From: Raillietiella orientalis
Taxonomy: Eukaryota
DNA length: 64,000 bases
Assembly: GCA_036172245.1 (NCBI GenBank)
Contig: JAYWIR010000091.1
Location: 124,001-188,000 of the forward strand
Reading direction: 5' to 3'
Shown here: positions 49,838 through 62,757 of the stretch, in pieces
Layout: each line of letters opens with the position of its first letter
How positions within the stretch are numbered: the stretch's first letter is position 1
Translations under genes and position numbers: made by a program
Notes under the pieces: model-generated
Database searches by the model: none
What the model was told of the DNA's origin: nothing
The model's input: only the letters and a program-made list of their open reading frames with translations

Positions 49838-52800
49838 TAGGTGTCCGTTAAGTCGCCGCGCTCATGCGAGTGAAAAGACAAATTCGGGAAGCTGCTGACG
49901 ATCGTGGCTCTCTCACAGCTGTTGTGCATCGCGCACACTTCACGCAATCAAGACACTCAGAGATTCCAGAAAAGTCGGCGAAGCCACAAAAATTTCTAGC
50001 ACAGCGAAACACTCAGAAAGTCCGCAGCAGTAGCAGCTCTTCATACAATTTGGCTAGATATGGAATCCTGGTCTTTCTGCAGCACAGATGGAAGCGTGTG
50101 TTGCATGACATGGTTAAATGCGGGATCACGGGGCCGAGAAGTGCCGCTTGACGAAGCACCCGAGGCTATCCAAAGTTTGCACGCGCATTTCCACTGCAGC
50201 CAACGAGGTTTCATCTTAAATCGGTCTTAAAAATATCTTCTCCAGGCACAGCGGAGAGATTGGAAGCGTCAAACAGCTGAAACTAAAAGCAAACAACCAA
50301 CAAACTTGTGCGTCTTCCAATAATGTAGCTAATCTGCCTCCACTTGTCAAGCTTTTGTCTACGCTGTTAATCACAATCGTTTTAGCGAAAGCAGTTAGAT
50401 TTCTACTAGACAAGGACGTCTTTTGTGTTCCCTCGATGCTTTGCTGGAACAAAGAATGAGCATGAGCTAAGAATGAGGATGTATACGTAGCACTTTTTCC
50501 TTCTTTAAGCACTGAACAAGTCCGCGGCAACCATCTGTCGGTGCTCGTGTGCAAGTGGGGGCATTTTTTGGTCGCAGTAGATGAGGAGGAAACTCCAGCC
50601 CATCCGGGCCGGGACCACAGTAAAGGTGATCGGAAACTTCGTCGCTGAGGAAAAATTTCAAAGCAGGTGATGACGCTGCATCGTGTTTTGCCTGAGGATG
50701 CTCATTCCAATGTCCCGAGACGAGGATTCGAAACCTTGATTTCTTTCGGTTAGAAGCACGAAAAATGCGTACTCCATGTGTGCTGACTCTATGCAGCACT
50801 ACTCGCTTATGAGAATTTCTAGCCTTCCGAGATCTCCAATTGTTCTTTGGAGGCATCTTTGCCATGTGCCAGTGACAGTGGTCCTCCAAGATGAGTCAAG
50901 CTGTAGAAAAACTAGGAGTCGATCCTTAAGAGCAGGTAGCACACCAATCCAATCAGCTGGACAAAAATGCGATTTTGAGCTCTTTGCTGCCGTTCTCAGC
51001 TGAGTAAATGGGGAATCAGCATCTCGCACTGTCGAGTTAGAACATAAGAAATGCCCTTCCAGCTGCCGGGGTTCGCCATCATTGCCGTGTTCGGGAACTT
51101 TTTCCTCTCTGTTGTGCGTTCTCGAACGACGCAATTAATTCTATCGTTTTTATCTGCCAAATCTCTCCAATTTGTTTTGATCTCGATCACATTTTCTTTA
51201 CAAATGCACGTTTCTTCGTTTTTCTCCAGTTCCGATTTGTTTCTTTAAAAGAGAATGTGCTGTGATCCCTTGACGAAGCATGCAGAGCTCTTTCGGAGAA
51301 TCTCCAAGGGAGCATCCGGTAGTGTCATTCGCTTTTAAGCTAGAATTGGCAGTTTGTATGAGATCTTCTGCTACCTTGCCAACGGTATGATGCCCTCTTT
51401 GAAAAAACACATCGGAATGGGGAGTGCAGTTGACAGCAAATGTACTGAGAACTGATACATGAAGGAAGCTTGGCGTATCCTCTTTCACAACTGTCAGGCG
51501 ATGCACCTCGTGCTTGCGGTTAAATCTCTCATGTCACTGACTTCATGGAAGACTTCGTCACATTCAGTGAACCCTTCACTTTTCAGCTTGTGCATTTGAA
51601 CGGCGATCGCAGCACAGGAAGCGTAATCCTGTAATTCCCGCAAAACCTGCTAGGAAGTTGATGACCTTCCTGTAAGTTCCGAGCATTCCCACTCTCTACA
51701 TGGCTTCCCTACTTGCTGGAGAAATTCCGCATACTTGTGTTGGATAACAGATGCCGCTGCTGAGGGGCAGGCGTTTTATAATTATTGGTACAGATTTTGT
51801 ATTCTCGCAACAAATCTGGTTGGAATCGGGAATTGGGAATGGAAACAGGACTCGATTACGGCGTACCTGTTGGGATCGTTGCGACAGTCTTCTAGAATAT
51901 CTTGGTTCAAGAAAAGCCTATTCCGTGCAGCGCTCAGCTGACGAGCAACATAGCAACGAAGAGCAACGAAGTCCCAAGGAGCCAAAAAATGGCTTCGATT
52001 TCCCATTGCATTTTGTGGGCTTTAAGATTCAATTGTTCCTGTGGACATGTAGTTTACGATATGAAGCTGCGAGGTCCTTTTTTCTACGAAACGGAGATCG
52101 CTCGCTCTGCAACATTTGATTTTCGGTTGTTTATTCTGAGTAACTACTGTTGATACAGCAGATCTTGGTAGAATTCTCCGTTGGCTGCTTAGTATCTCTG
52201 CCGTTTTGCCGCTTGGATCTGGAGGCTGCAGTTATCCGTTCCTTGACACGCCGCTTTGCTAAGAATCGTAAACGCATCTTTGTAGCGTTGATTCGTGGCG
52301 ACTTCGCTCTTCCGATTTGCAGCTAACGTTTCTGCAGCTGTGACTCTTTTTGTTTCGCATCACCGATACTGCGATGAGAAGCTTTTCAGAACTATGAGTG
52401 TTCAACACACTTGACAAAAGTCGTGGCAAGTGTTGATTATGGCTGGTATTGGTTGGCAATGTTGGTAATTCGGTATAAACGCTGGAGAAGTTTCGCGCCT
52501 CTCTTGAATGCAGCGCTCAAGAAACCACTCTTCCTGTGTAAAGTTCTGGAAGGTGGCAGCATGCAGTGTCGCATCTTGTTTACCATCGTGAGCATCATTA
52601 TTATAGGAAACCTTTGTATCGCTAGTCTGACCGGGTTTCCTCCTCTTGCGTGCGGCTTCTTGTATCCGGCGTCGCGCAGTCGACTTTCATCGCGCAGCTG
52701 AGAGGAACGGAGCGCTTCTTTTGCCCTCTGTTCTTTCTCATGCCAACTGCGTAAGGATGTGGTCTGGTTCCACTTAGTCGCACACGTTATTTCTCCGTGG

Positions 52801-53662
52801 AGGCTACCGTAGAAACGAAACTTCTTCTCCACTTCCGTTCCTCGCGCCGCAGAACTGAATTTTTCGAATTTGTGCCGTGATTTTCGATAGACTTAGGCAC
52901 CGCGGTACGCCCTGAAGAAATGATTGCTGCTTAGCGAGGCTGGAACTTTACATTGTGCTGCTGTTACGTTTTCTCAAATGTTCAGACATCGTCCATTTAC
53001 CCTTTCCGGAATCTGCGTTGGTGCTCAGTGTCCTTTTTCTGACCATGTGCGCTTTTGTGGAAGCCATCCTTGCAGTTCACTGATGCCTTCTGGAGTAAAC
53101 ATAAATAAATTTGAATGCAGAGTCGCGAATCCGGAGAACTTGAGCTGCGACCTACGAGAGTCACGCGCATGCTTGACATGCGGCCATCCATCGAACGCCC
53201 TTGCGTACGGGTTCTGAGTCTGCATACTTGAAAAATAGTGGCTTTGTCCTCCGTTTTCAAGTTTTCTTGCATTCTAGGTCACATTGCTTTCCTCTGTTGT
53301 TTCCCTGGAATTTGCTGTCTTCCGTGTGATTTTTCTTCGTCCTTGTTTGGTAATTCGGTCGTAATTTGCCGAAATTCTCCGTGTTTCCCTTGTCCTCTCT
53401 GCTTCCCAATGGAATGCCCATTGCATGTTTCTAATAGTGCGGAATGCGCTCAACCGAAAAGTCACGTGATTCTTTGTGGGTTCGTATGGCTCGCGGAAGT
53501 GCTCTTCACTATGTTGCGTCCTTTTCTCGCCGTGATAACAAGCATTGCATTGCTCGAGAATGCCTTGGATTCACGTTGCGCAAGCTGCTTGCTCGTGTCT
53601 GCGCAAACTGCTTTTCGTTTTAATTTTCGTATGTTACACTGAGAGCTTGTTTTTTGTAGGTT
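49838..53662 (-). repeat. Right arm of long diverged inverted duplication
   Basis: Inner edge: CTCGCATGAGCGCGGCG (48401) vs CGCCGCGCTCATGCGAG (49854). Outer edge: CCTACGAAAAACAAGC vs GCTTGTTTTTTGTAGG. Confidence 0.9.
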
Positions 53663-56474
53663 TCCATTGTGGTTCTGTTCTGTAGTAGAGGTAGTTAATG
53701 TTTCTCTTTGTGTAAGAACGTCGCCTCGAATGACGATATAATTGTCGAAGATCTTCTGTACTTTACACATCAGACAGGGGCTTTCCTTTTTTCTTTTGAG
53801 AACACTGGAAATAATTGTAATGTATGGCTGAGTAATCAATAACGTCCTACACCTGGGGGTACTTGCAGTTTGGACATTGAGGTGAGCAAATTCTATGTGA
53901 GCCGCGAATATTGTTTGATTTTAGGTGGAGGGGCCTCGTGCTTCTGAGCAGATTAATTTCTTCCTTGAAGGACCAGACCGTTCTTGTACTGTAACTTATC
54001 CTCAGAGTGTTGCCACGTATGTATTTTTGTGCATTCTTGTTTCCATTTTAAAACGATTTGCTTTTTGCCGAATTTGAATCGAATACATATTTTCTTCAGA
54101 TTTCTACTACTGTGCATGTCTTCTGCGAAATCATTTACCAGAAATTGCTTCTGCTTTCTGTTGATAATTATATACATATTATATCTTTTTGATGTTTGTG
54201 CAGCTGGGGCATTTAAAATCTTCGTCTGAATTCGCACGGGTTTCAAAAAATTATCGGAGAGCTTCAGTTTGCAATTATTGACTTCAACCTTCTCTTTGCT
54301 CCTACTTTCTCACATCATCTGGAAGGAATATAATTTGCGGAAGCAAGATGTTCTATTCTTCGAATGCTATGCCGGATTCTAATGGATTGTTTTTGATTCC
54401 GTACAAATGCGTGGGGATTCTCTTAGGCTACGTCAAGGCCGGAATGTGAACCCTGTACCTGGCAAACTAAAATGCACATGGAGGTCTGGAACGATCGTCA
54501 CTGTAAAGTTGAAGAGCTTAACTAACTAAAAGCGTTATTATTCTTCAATTCGAGAAGAAAAGTTTCTTTCCATTTTGCTGTTGATTTTTCGTGGAAATTT
54601 GAATTATTTTAAATAAAAAACTTATTGCACTGATATCCTTTCTTCATAGGACCACATGTGTCGACCAAGTAATAAAAGCACAATTAAATGGACTTTTCCT
54701 ATCCTCATTTACATTCTGGATTCCGCATCACACAAAAAACTGATATGTTCCAAAAATATAGATGCTAGATTTCCTGTCTTTAGAGAATTTTAAAATGGTT
54801 TTCATTCTCTGATTTTCCAGAATTTCATCTTTCAATTGTTAGATTTTCATATTATTCGTTCTCAAAGAAAACAAGTTGTTGTGTGCATTTCGTGATAAAT
54901 AGTTGACTGCTTGGTTTGAAGATGTTATTACAATGTCAAACATTGAAACTAAAGTTTCTCTTTATTAAGATCTACTTCAATTATTAATTAGGTCAGTGGT
55001 TGTCATAATGGCGAACAATCCACTAACAATTATTTTATCGCATTTAGCCATCTCTCTTATAGAGTTTTTTTTACTATAAGATTAATAAGCATTATCCGTC
55101 ACTACTACCATCGATTGTTTACATTTAAGATCATCATTATAATTTCTAGCTTCTTTGCATTCGATCCTGCAAGTGTTCCTTCTGCACTTAATCTGCACTG
55201 TTATTCACAGCATCTTTATCAGCAAAAATCAAAACTGCTCCAATTCAACCTTCAAATGAATTACGAATCTCGCTTGCAAGAACTTATGTGAACAAAATAT
55301 TTCTTCCATTCAACAGTTTTATCATAGAATTCTCCTTTTCCAGTCACAACATACGCACCATACGCATATCCTTCTTTTGTGTGCCTCACATATGACTTCC
55401 TTTAAATGGAAAATGTGAAGACAGTCCGTGCGCAGCGAGTCGATACGCCGGAAAGAATGCAAAGTCTCGCTCGACTCTCGAGAATCCTACGAATTTGTCC
55501 GTACCTTGCGATAAGAAAGTGCTAAAGGCAAAGGTAGCGAGAAAGCAAATGGCTAGGATAGCCCAACGGGGAGACGTCGAAAGGCCTTCGCATCGAGCCG
55601 AGGCAACTCAGAAGACGACCAGGCCGTCTGGATTCTTGTGGAGGGAAGAAGAAACTGAGAAAGACAAGAGATGCTTTCCATTTCCCCATCATAAAAGTAG
55701 GAGGTGTGAGTAGGCATCCCCGTGCGTCGAGGAATTTGCATGAAAAACTTTCCACTGCGATTGCGTGGGCTGACACTGCTGGCCGCCGTGAAAGGGAAGT
55801 TGAAAACGCCGAAACCTTGAGTGGCGGATCGTAGACGGCGACTCCTTCGCTGAATGCTGGAGCATGTTCAAGCTGCCCAGCAAAAGTGCTGATAGAAAAA
55901 ACATTTATAGTGCACAAGAAATTTATACTCCGAGGTGGAGTCCGATGGTTGCTCATTGGGTCCCCAAGTTTCTTGGAAACCCTAGGCTACGCGGAAAACC
56001 AAAGTTTCCAGGAGTAAGCCTGATTCCGCGAATGGTTTCCGATACTCTACGAAGTCCAAGACAATGTTCTTTGACTTCTGAGAGAGGGCCGAGCGCGGCG
56101 TGGAGGAGAACCAGCATGGTTGCGCTCCCGAACATGCTGCGCTCCAGGGTGATGCCGCGCGGGACAGGGCAGGGAAGGCACCGCCATTTTCGCAACATTA
56201 ATGAGTGGGCTCTTATCTTCTCGTTGCGTTCCCATGATCAGCTGAAACATCAACAGGCTGCAGGTTTATGATGATAGGCGGTTGTTGGCTCACGTATTGC
56301 GCGAAGTCCCATCAGGTCATGCTGCTGAAGGCACGCCTCTTCTCCGAACAGCAAGCCGCCGATCTGGCCGATTTATCACGTAGGACACCCAATTAACGGC
56401 AAAACTCTCAGAAAGCGTGCAGAATACCAGTCGTTGTCCGGAAGAGGGTGAAAGGGGAAGTGCGGAACTTCTGT

Positions 56475-56950
56475 TTCCATGTTACCACCCGGTCACAGAG
56501 GGGCATTTACTATAGAGAAAACAACCGATTCGGTAAAAAAGCCCCTTTACGGCTAACACAACAACGGACCTGCCTGCCTGTTGACGGGCAGAACGACTTG
56601 ACTTTCCACAGCAGCGGACGTGGAAAGAGGGAAAAACAAAAAAAAAAATAAAGCAAAATTAAATAAAGAAAATATTTGGAGGCTCGGTAAGGGATCTCTA
56701 CCCGCTTGATGCAATGTGCATTTACTGCAGGATGTCTTCGAGGAACTTTATCATATTCGCTTATAGTTTGGGCGATTGTGTTGCTATCCACATGAAGCGA
56801 ACTGCATATCCGATCACGTTCCTGTAGTAGTCATCACCTTCTTCGTCACATATTCTCCAGGCGGCGATAGTACTGCGGAAACATGAAAACGCTGCTACCG
56901 CTACTGCTTACTTTTAGGCGTGCCGCACGAAGAGGATCCGAAAAACAAAT
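56475..56950 (-). mobile_element. E14: old 3' terminal fragment (ORF2 C-terminus and 3' UTR)
   Basis: Manual translation FRILFVRHA..AAFSCFRSTIAAW resembles the other ORF2 ends. Terminal TGCCCCTCTGTGACCGGGTG at 56505-56486. Confidence 0.72.
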
Positions 56951-56954
56951 CTGC

Positions 56955-57172
56955 AAACTCGAGGAAAACTTCCACGTTACGACCCTGAGTGTCCCGCCGG
57001 GAGGACTAAAGAGATGAGGCGAACTCTTCAGCACCCGAGGGAATAGCCTGAAGTGGTCCCCGATATTCACATGATCCAGGATTTATCCCCTAAGCTGGCA
57101 AGAGTCAGCTCTTACGTTATTGCAATGGGTCTTTCCGGCAACTCACGCCTCTTCTTTTGGTCGCTGGGAAGT
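56955..57172 (+). mobile_element. Short ORF2 fragment (pre-zinc-finger region), cut by E15
   Basis: Reads ..LKW..SRI..WQESAL.LLQW..GNSR.FFW, homologous to E4 13040-13239. Confidence 0.7.
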
Positions 57173-57960
57173 TCTCACCAAGCTTCGCCAAGGCGTTCAT
57201 TAATAAACACTTTACATCTACGATGCTAGGACCCGCAACAGTTAATAGTTTATAAGATCTGCCAGAAAGCAAGTTTGCAGACCGGATACACTCTCCTCGG
57301 CAGTGGAAGGGGACAGATTGTAGGAACAAAAAGAAAAATAAATGAAATAAGCAAAAAGAAACTATTTGGTGGGCCGTGAAGTGTTTGCAGCCCGCTGGAG
57401 GAAGAGACCATCTTTAACGGGATGCCCTCGATGTCCGTCCTAATATCTCCCAGATGATACCAGCCTATCACGATTCGCATGTAGCGACCCGCGTGTACGA
57501 CTGGGCCCCTGTCGCTGCTTCCTCTTTTGGCTACGCTCCACGAGGCCACAATGTACTGCCCTCCGCAACGTATGTTCATAGAGCACAGCTTCTCCTGCTG
57601 TACATTGTTAGCGCGCATCTTTTTCAAAAATTGACGCAGGCTTTCAGAACAATACAGATTGCCTACCTTGTAGAACAGCGAGGGGTTATATCCCTCTTCC
57701 ACATAAGCAGACAGTTGCGCCGCGGCAGCAGGCGACGACGCCGACACGACGGCGCTTCACGCCCGCGCTGCATCGGGGACCGATTCCGCGGGGCGGATGA
57801 CCTCATCTCCATCGCCACTGAAGGAGACGTTGCCGCCGCCTCCTGTCACGCACTGGTGGTCGTGTCAGGCATCGCTGCCAGATCGACAACCAACACACAC
57901 GAAGTCTACACCTAGGGACGTTTCCTGGTACGAGGAGCACTGAGTAAACACGTCCGTCCT
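57173..57960 (-). mobile_element. E15: ~790-bp internally deleted element retaining both termini (ORF1 N-terminus fused to ORF2 C-terminus)
   Basis: 5' CGGACGTGTTT at 57956-57946. ORF 57250-57747 joins ORF1-like PSLFYKVGNL..GGQ to ORF2-like IVASWS..GWYHLGDIRTD. 3' UTR resembles E5, with terminal hairpin 57195-57176. Confidence 0.8.
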
Positions 57961-57967
57961 AACCGGA

Positions 57968-60081
57968 ATTAAGCATTTGACTGCGTCGACCGGGAGCTCC
58001 TGCTGGAGCTTTTAATGCGCTCGGGCTTTCCGGCCTCTTTATTGGCCTTTCTGCACTCTTGCTGGCGCGACGCGCTGACCAATGTAACTTTCAGAAGAAG
58101 GAAGAAACGTGTTCGGTGTGCTGGTGCACCGTGGGATACGCCAGGGTGACTGCTGGAGCCCCTTGCTCTTCAGCACCTACTCTAGGCTAGTGATCAGGGT
58201 GTACAGGGAAACTTATGGTCGCCTGCCGCGCGTGTGCACAGGTGCACCGGTCGTGGGATAGTATGCGGACGAACTCCTGCTGCTGCTCTCCATGTCCACC
58301 CCGGCGTCGGCGGTCGAAAACTTTTTCGAGCTGCTGCGTCGCGGGACAGGGCGGGAGGTAAACAGAGCGTAGTGGTCCGTTGTTGCAGTTGATTCGTCGT
58401 GGACAGGGCAGCCGGACTGGTCTCGCTTATGGATCCCAGCGGTACCGTACTTCAAGTACCTCGATGTGCCGTTGGGGGACTATTCCTTAGAGGAAGCGCG
58501 GTCTAACTGCCTCCATAAGGCCGAGAGGGCGATTGGCGCTTTCCTGGATGGCAAGTTTTTCTTGCCGGAACGGGCCGTGGTGTGAAACACGTTTGTGGCT
58601 CTTCTGTTTCTCTCCTTGCTTTTTGTTCGCCCTTCACCTTGCGATGTGAAAAAGCGGACAAAGGACTTCCTAAGAATCGCCCCTTGGGGCAGTGGGAGGC
58701 CCCGATTCCGCCTGAAGGACTTGTGTGCTCCTCGTTGCGATGAAAGCCTCGGCCTCCTCACTGGAGCGGCTCGAACTGCAGCTGTAGTTCAGGACGTTAG
58801 TCCTAGTGACAAAGACATGGAGCACCAGCTGGTGCGAGCTTGCACGATGCCTTGTTCAGCGAGCCGGCGTCTGCGGAGGAATGTCTACCTTCCTGGCGCG
58901 CCGCAAACGCCGGTATCTGTTCCACTGCGGACTGGCACTTCGGCGAGTGGCAAAGCTGACCAGCAAGAGCATTTATATCTCCTACCGGCCCGCGAACGGC
59001 ACCTCCTGGTTGCAGGAAAGCCTTCGCAAGTGGGCCCAGATTGAGGAAGCGAGCCTGGAGTCGCGGCAGCGAATGCTGCACTCCTATCAAAAGAGCCGCC
59101 TCTGCAGGACATCATCGTGCCGCCCACCTTTAGTGCGTGGGCATAGAGGACCCCTCTTGCCACAGCATTGTCCCACCTTAAAGAACACCTGGGCAGTAGC
59201 CAGCCGGCGAAGTTGGAGGTCCGATTCAGAATCTTGTCAAGAGATAAAGAACAAGGTGGTTGGATCACAGGCCAGCTGACTGACGCCGCGACCGCAAGTG
59301 CCCTACCGAGAGGACTGTCGCGCTGGGGAGAGCTGCTGAGCATCCCTCTGGATGTACTCGAGTGGCCCTCACTGCTGAGGAACACCCGGGCCCTCCTTCT
59401 GAAGTGGCAGGAGTCGGCGTTCTTCGTGTTGCACTGGGGACTCCTTAGCAACGCTAGCCGTTCTCACTGGACGATGGGGGCTGTGAACCCAAACTGTGCC
59501 AGGTGTTGGGAACAGGAGTCCCTTTCGCACCTTCTTGTTGACTGTGTTGCCCTCCAGCTGCTGTGGTTACATTTCGCAACGGCCCATGGTGCACCCTTGC
59601 ACGCTCGCAGAGACGTTTTGTAGCGCCTCTTTGTGCGCGACGCACTTTCGCCCGCCACAGCCCTTGCAGCCCTCTGCTGCCTACGAGGGATAGTGCAGGC
59701 CTGGAACACCGCCAATGATGGACCGAACGACAGCGACATCATCTGCTCTGCTCTGCGCTTCCTGATGACGGCAGCCGGATGGTATCATCTAGGACAAATG
59801 CGGACTCAACATGCCAGAATCCTTGAAAGGATGTAAAGGACGACCCCAGCGGAACGTGATTCCATCCCCAACTCCTCCCTGCTGTTGTAAGTTGAGTTTA
59901 ATTTTTGGTTTTGTTGTTCCTTCCCCCCCGCTGCCGAATCAAAATCGCCGGCCTGCGTGCTGGTTTCCCGGCGAGTTTAGGACTTTCATAAGAACATTTT
60001 TTGAACGCTGTAGGGGGAAAAGCCCTACAAATCCTACTTTGTTTTCATTGCAAAATAAACGCTTCGGCGCTCCCAGGTTTC
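57968..60081 (+). mobile_element. E16: 5'-truncated degenerate element (RT to 3' end)
   Basis: KAFDCVD, GIRQGD, YADE, KYL; CARCWEQESLSHLLVDC. AATAAA at 60054. Confidence 0.88.
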
Positions 60082-62757
60082 AAAGAAGTGCCGACTGTTG
60101 CCACTTCGTGGGGAGGGTGTACGAGTTTATGAGCACCGGGGCACTTGAGAAGTTCCTCGGAACTTCCAGTAGCTCTTGTCAGAGCAAGAGTCCATTTGGG
60201 GTGGTCCTCGGGATCGCAGCGTTGGAAAGATGACCCGTTCTCCAGTCCCCGATCTTGTTTTCCCTATTGGCGATGCTGAAAGTAACCTCCCATTGTGCAT
60301 CGATGTCGCTGCCCAGATGTTCCCGTAAAGTAGACAGTACCGCAGAAAGGGAGGTTTTTTGTGCCCACGCTGTGCTTCGGGGATCCTCCACGATTTCTCG
60401 GAGCGTGCGGTGGGCGTGCGTCCCGAAAAGAGCTATTCTCTCGTGTTGCGGGCTCTGCTCATGAGTCATCGACCACGTGCGCACGGTTTCCTGCAGCCAG
60501 GCAGGACCCTTCACGGGGCGTACAAGGATCCGGGCCGAGATGGTCTTCACGAGCTTGGCCGCCCTCCGAAGCTGAAGTCCGCAGTGGCAGATGGGGCTTC
60601 GAAGTGCAAAGTAGGACAAGAGTCCCGCATTGCCGGTGGCCCGCTTGACAAGGAGACGTGCAGAGAGGCACCAGGGTGTGCACCAGTTTTTTGCCATAAA
60701 GGCAAGTATCCGGAACTGGAGCTGAAGCTCCAGCCGCTCCAGCGTCAGGAGGCCCACATCACCATCCCGACGCGAAGCGCACAAGTCCGCGAGACATACT
60801 CGGGGCCTCCTTCTGCCTTAAAAGGCTATCCTCAGGAGGTCCTTCGTCCTCTTTTCCATCTCCGCTGAGGGGGTGCAAACAAAAAGCAAGGGGCGAATTA
60901 GGGGGGCCGCAAACGCGTTTCACGCCGCAGCCGTTTCTGCAGGAAGAACGTGAGGTCCTGGAACGGGCGGATCCCCTCCTTGGCCTTCTGAAGCCAGCCG
61001 GACCACGCTTCCACGGGAGGATAATCCCCCAACAGCACACCAAGGTACTTGAAGTACCTCACCGTAGGAACCGTTAAAGGTACCCAGTCGTGCTGCCCTG
61101 CCCACGCCGCTACGACTGGCAGTACAAACGACTTCGCCCTGTTTACCTTGAGTAGTGTTCCCCGACTGAGCAGATGGAAAAAGTCCACCACCGCCTAGGC
61201 CTTGGTGGATATAGGGAGCAGCAGCAGGAAGTCGTCCGCGTATGCCAAAACCACAGGCGTACAGCGACAATCGCGCGACAGGTACGCCAAAGTCTCCGTG
61301 TACGCACTCACCACCAATTCAAAATAGGTGCTAAAGAGCAAGGGCCTGAGGCTGTCTCCCTGCCGTATACCACGTCGCAACGGTACGCTGTGCACGGTAT
61401 TCCCGATGACAAACACATTAATAAGCGCATCGCTTTAGCTGGAGCTCAGTTAGCCCAGCAAAGAGGCCGGGAAGCTTAAGCGTTCCAGAAGCTCCAACAG
61501 GAGATTCTGGTCGACGCTGTCGAATGCTTTACGGAAGTCGACAGTGACCGCACGGGCCCATTTCCCCACTCGACCGTCGCGTTTCCCATCAACGTACGTA
61601 CCAGAATTCCGGCTGCTTATTAAGCCCCTTCCTTGTTGGAGCTCTAAGCATGTGAAAGCGTGAAAGAGGTTCGCCTCAAACATCGCCCTGGAACAGTATA
61701 TGTGTGTTGCGGACTGATGGAGATGTTCGCAACCCGTCCCAGACGCTCTGCCCACAGTTTAGCTAGCAACTTGAGGTCCGCATTCACTTTTGTGATGAAA
61801 CGACAGTTGTTTATGCTCTTCAGGTCTCTTTCCTTAGGGAGGAGCAGCAACCTTCTGAACGAAACGAGGCGGAAACGTCACCTGTCTCGCGAATCAGCAA
61901 GATGAGCTGATGTACCAGGGTAGTAAGCTCTGCCACGGAAATTTGGAAAACCTTTGCAGGCAGGCTGTCCTCCCCTGGGGCCTTCCGTTGTTTGAGCTTT
62001 CCGATGTCCGAGATGATCTCGCACACCGTGAAAGGCTCGTCGAGGCTCCTTTTCTCCTCCTCCACGATCGCTGGAGCACCTTTCGGAAGCAGGAGTCGTA
62101 AGATATCCCGCTCCGTAGGGGCTCTGGCGTACAGGGGGGAGTAAAATTTCCTAACTATCCCGCGCTTCTAAGCAGGATCCGAGTGCACCCGGCCCGGGTC
62201 GTCCAGCAAGCTGGCCCACATGGATTGCCGAGATTGCCTCTCGGCTCCCGCTCGTTACTCCGCTAACCTGCGCATGTCGGTGGTCCTAGCGTGACAACAA
62301 GTCAGCAGACAGGCTCGTTCGCTACGGACCCCGGTCCGAAAACCCGGAGGTAGGCGGTGCTGAGGGAACCGGTCACAAAACTCCTGGTCCCACCGCTTGA
62401 AACGGTTTGAATCCTAAATTTTCTGCAGCCTAAAGCTCTGTATAAACGTGCGGAGATGTTTCGCCCCGTCTGAAAGCTTTAGCCAGTCCCCTGGAAGTCG
62501 CCACGCTTACGAGGGAGGACCCCTGTCGCGGGGGTAAACCCCGAGGAAGATCGGGCGATGGACGGACAGCTCGCAGGGTAACTTGCCGCGCCTGCCCACG
62601 CGAGGGCACACGTGCTGATCAAGGAACAAGTAGCCGATGCTGTCCTCCATCCTTGGTTCACTGGCCAACAAATTACAGGTGTGCGCAGCCATGCACACCT
62701 CCTTGACCAGGTCATGCTTGTGATTCTGCCCATCTCGTTTCAGGCGAACGTTGAAAT
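60082..62757 (-). mobile_element. E17: ORF2 fragment starting exactly at FNVRL of the EN GDFN motif
   Basis: FNVRLKRDGQNH.. (ORF 62507-63046), KAPGED, KAFD, GIRQGD, AYADD, KYLG. Similar to E9. Confidence 0.88.

Noticed and set aside
44600..53662. Inverted arms as TIRs of a DNA transposon or Polinton
   Set aside because: No transposase, integrase or polymerase ORF in the spacer, no crisp termini or TSD, and the arms are too diverged to call.
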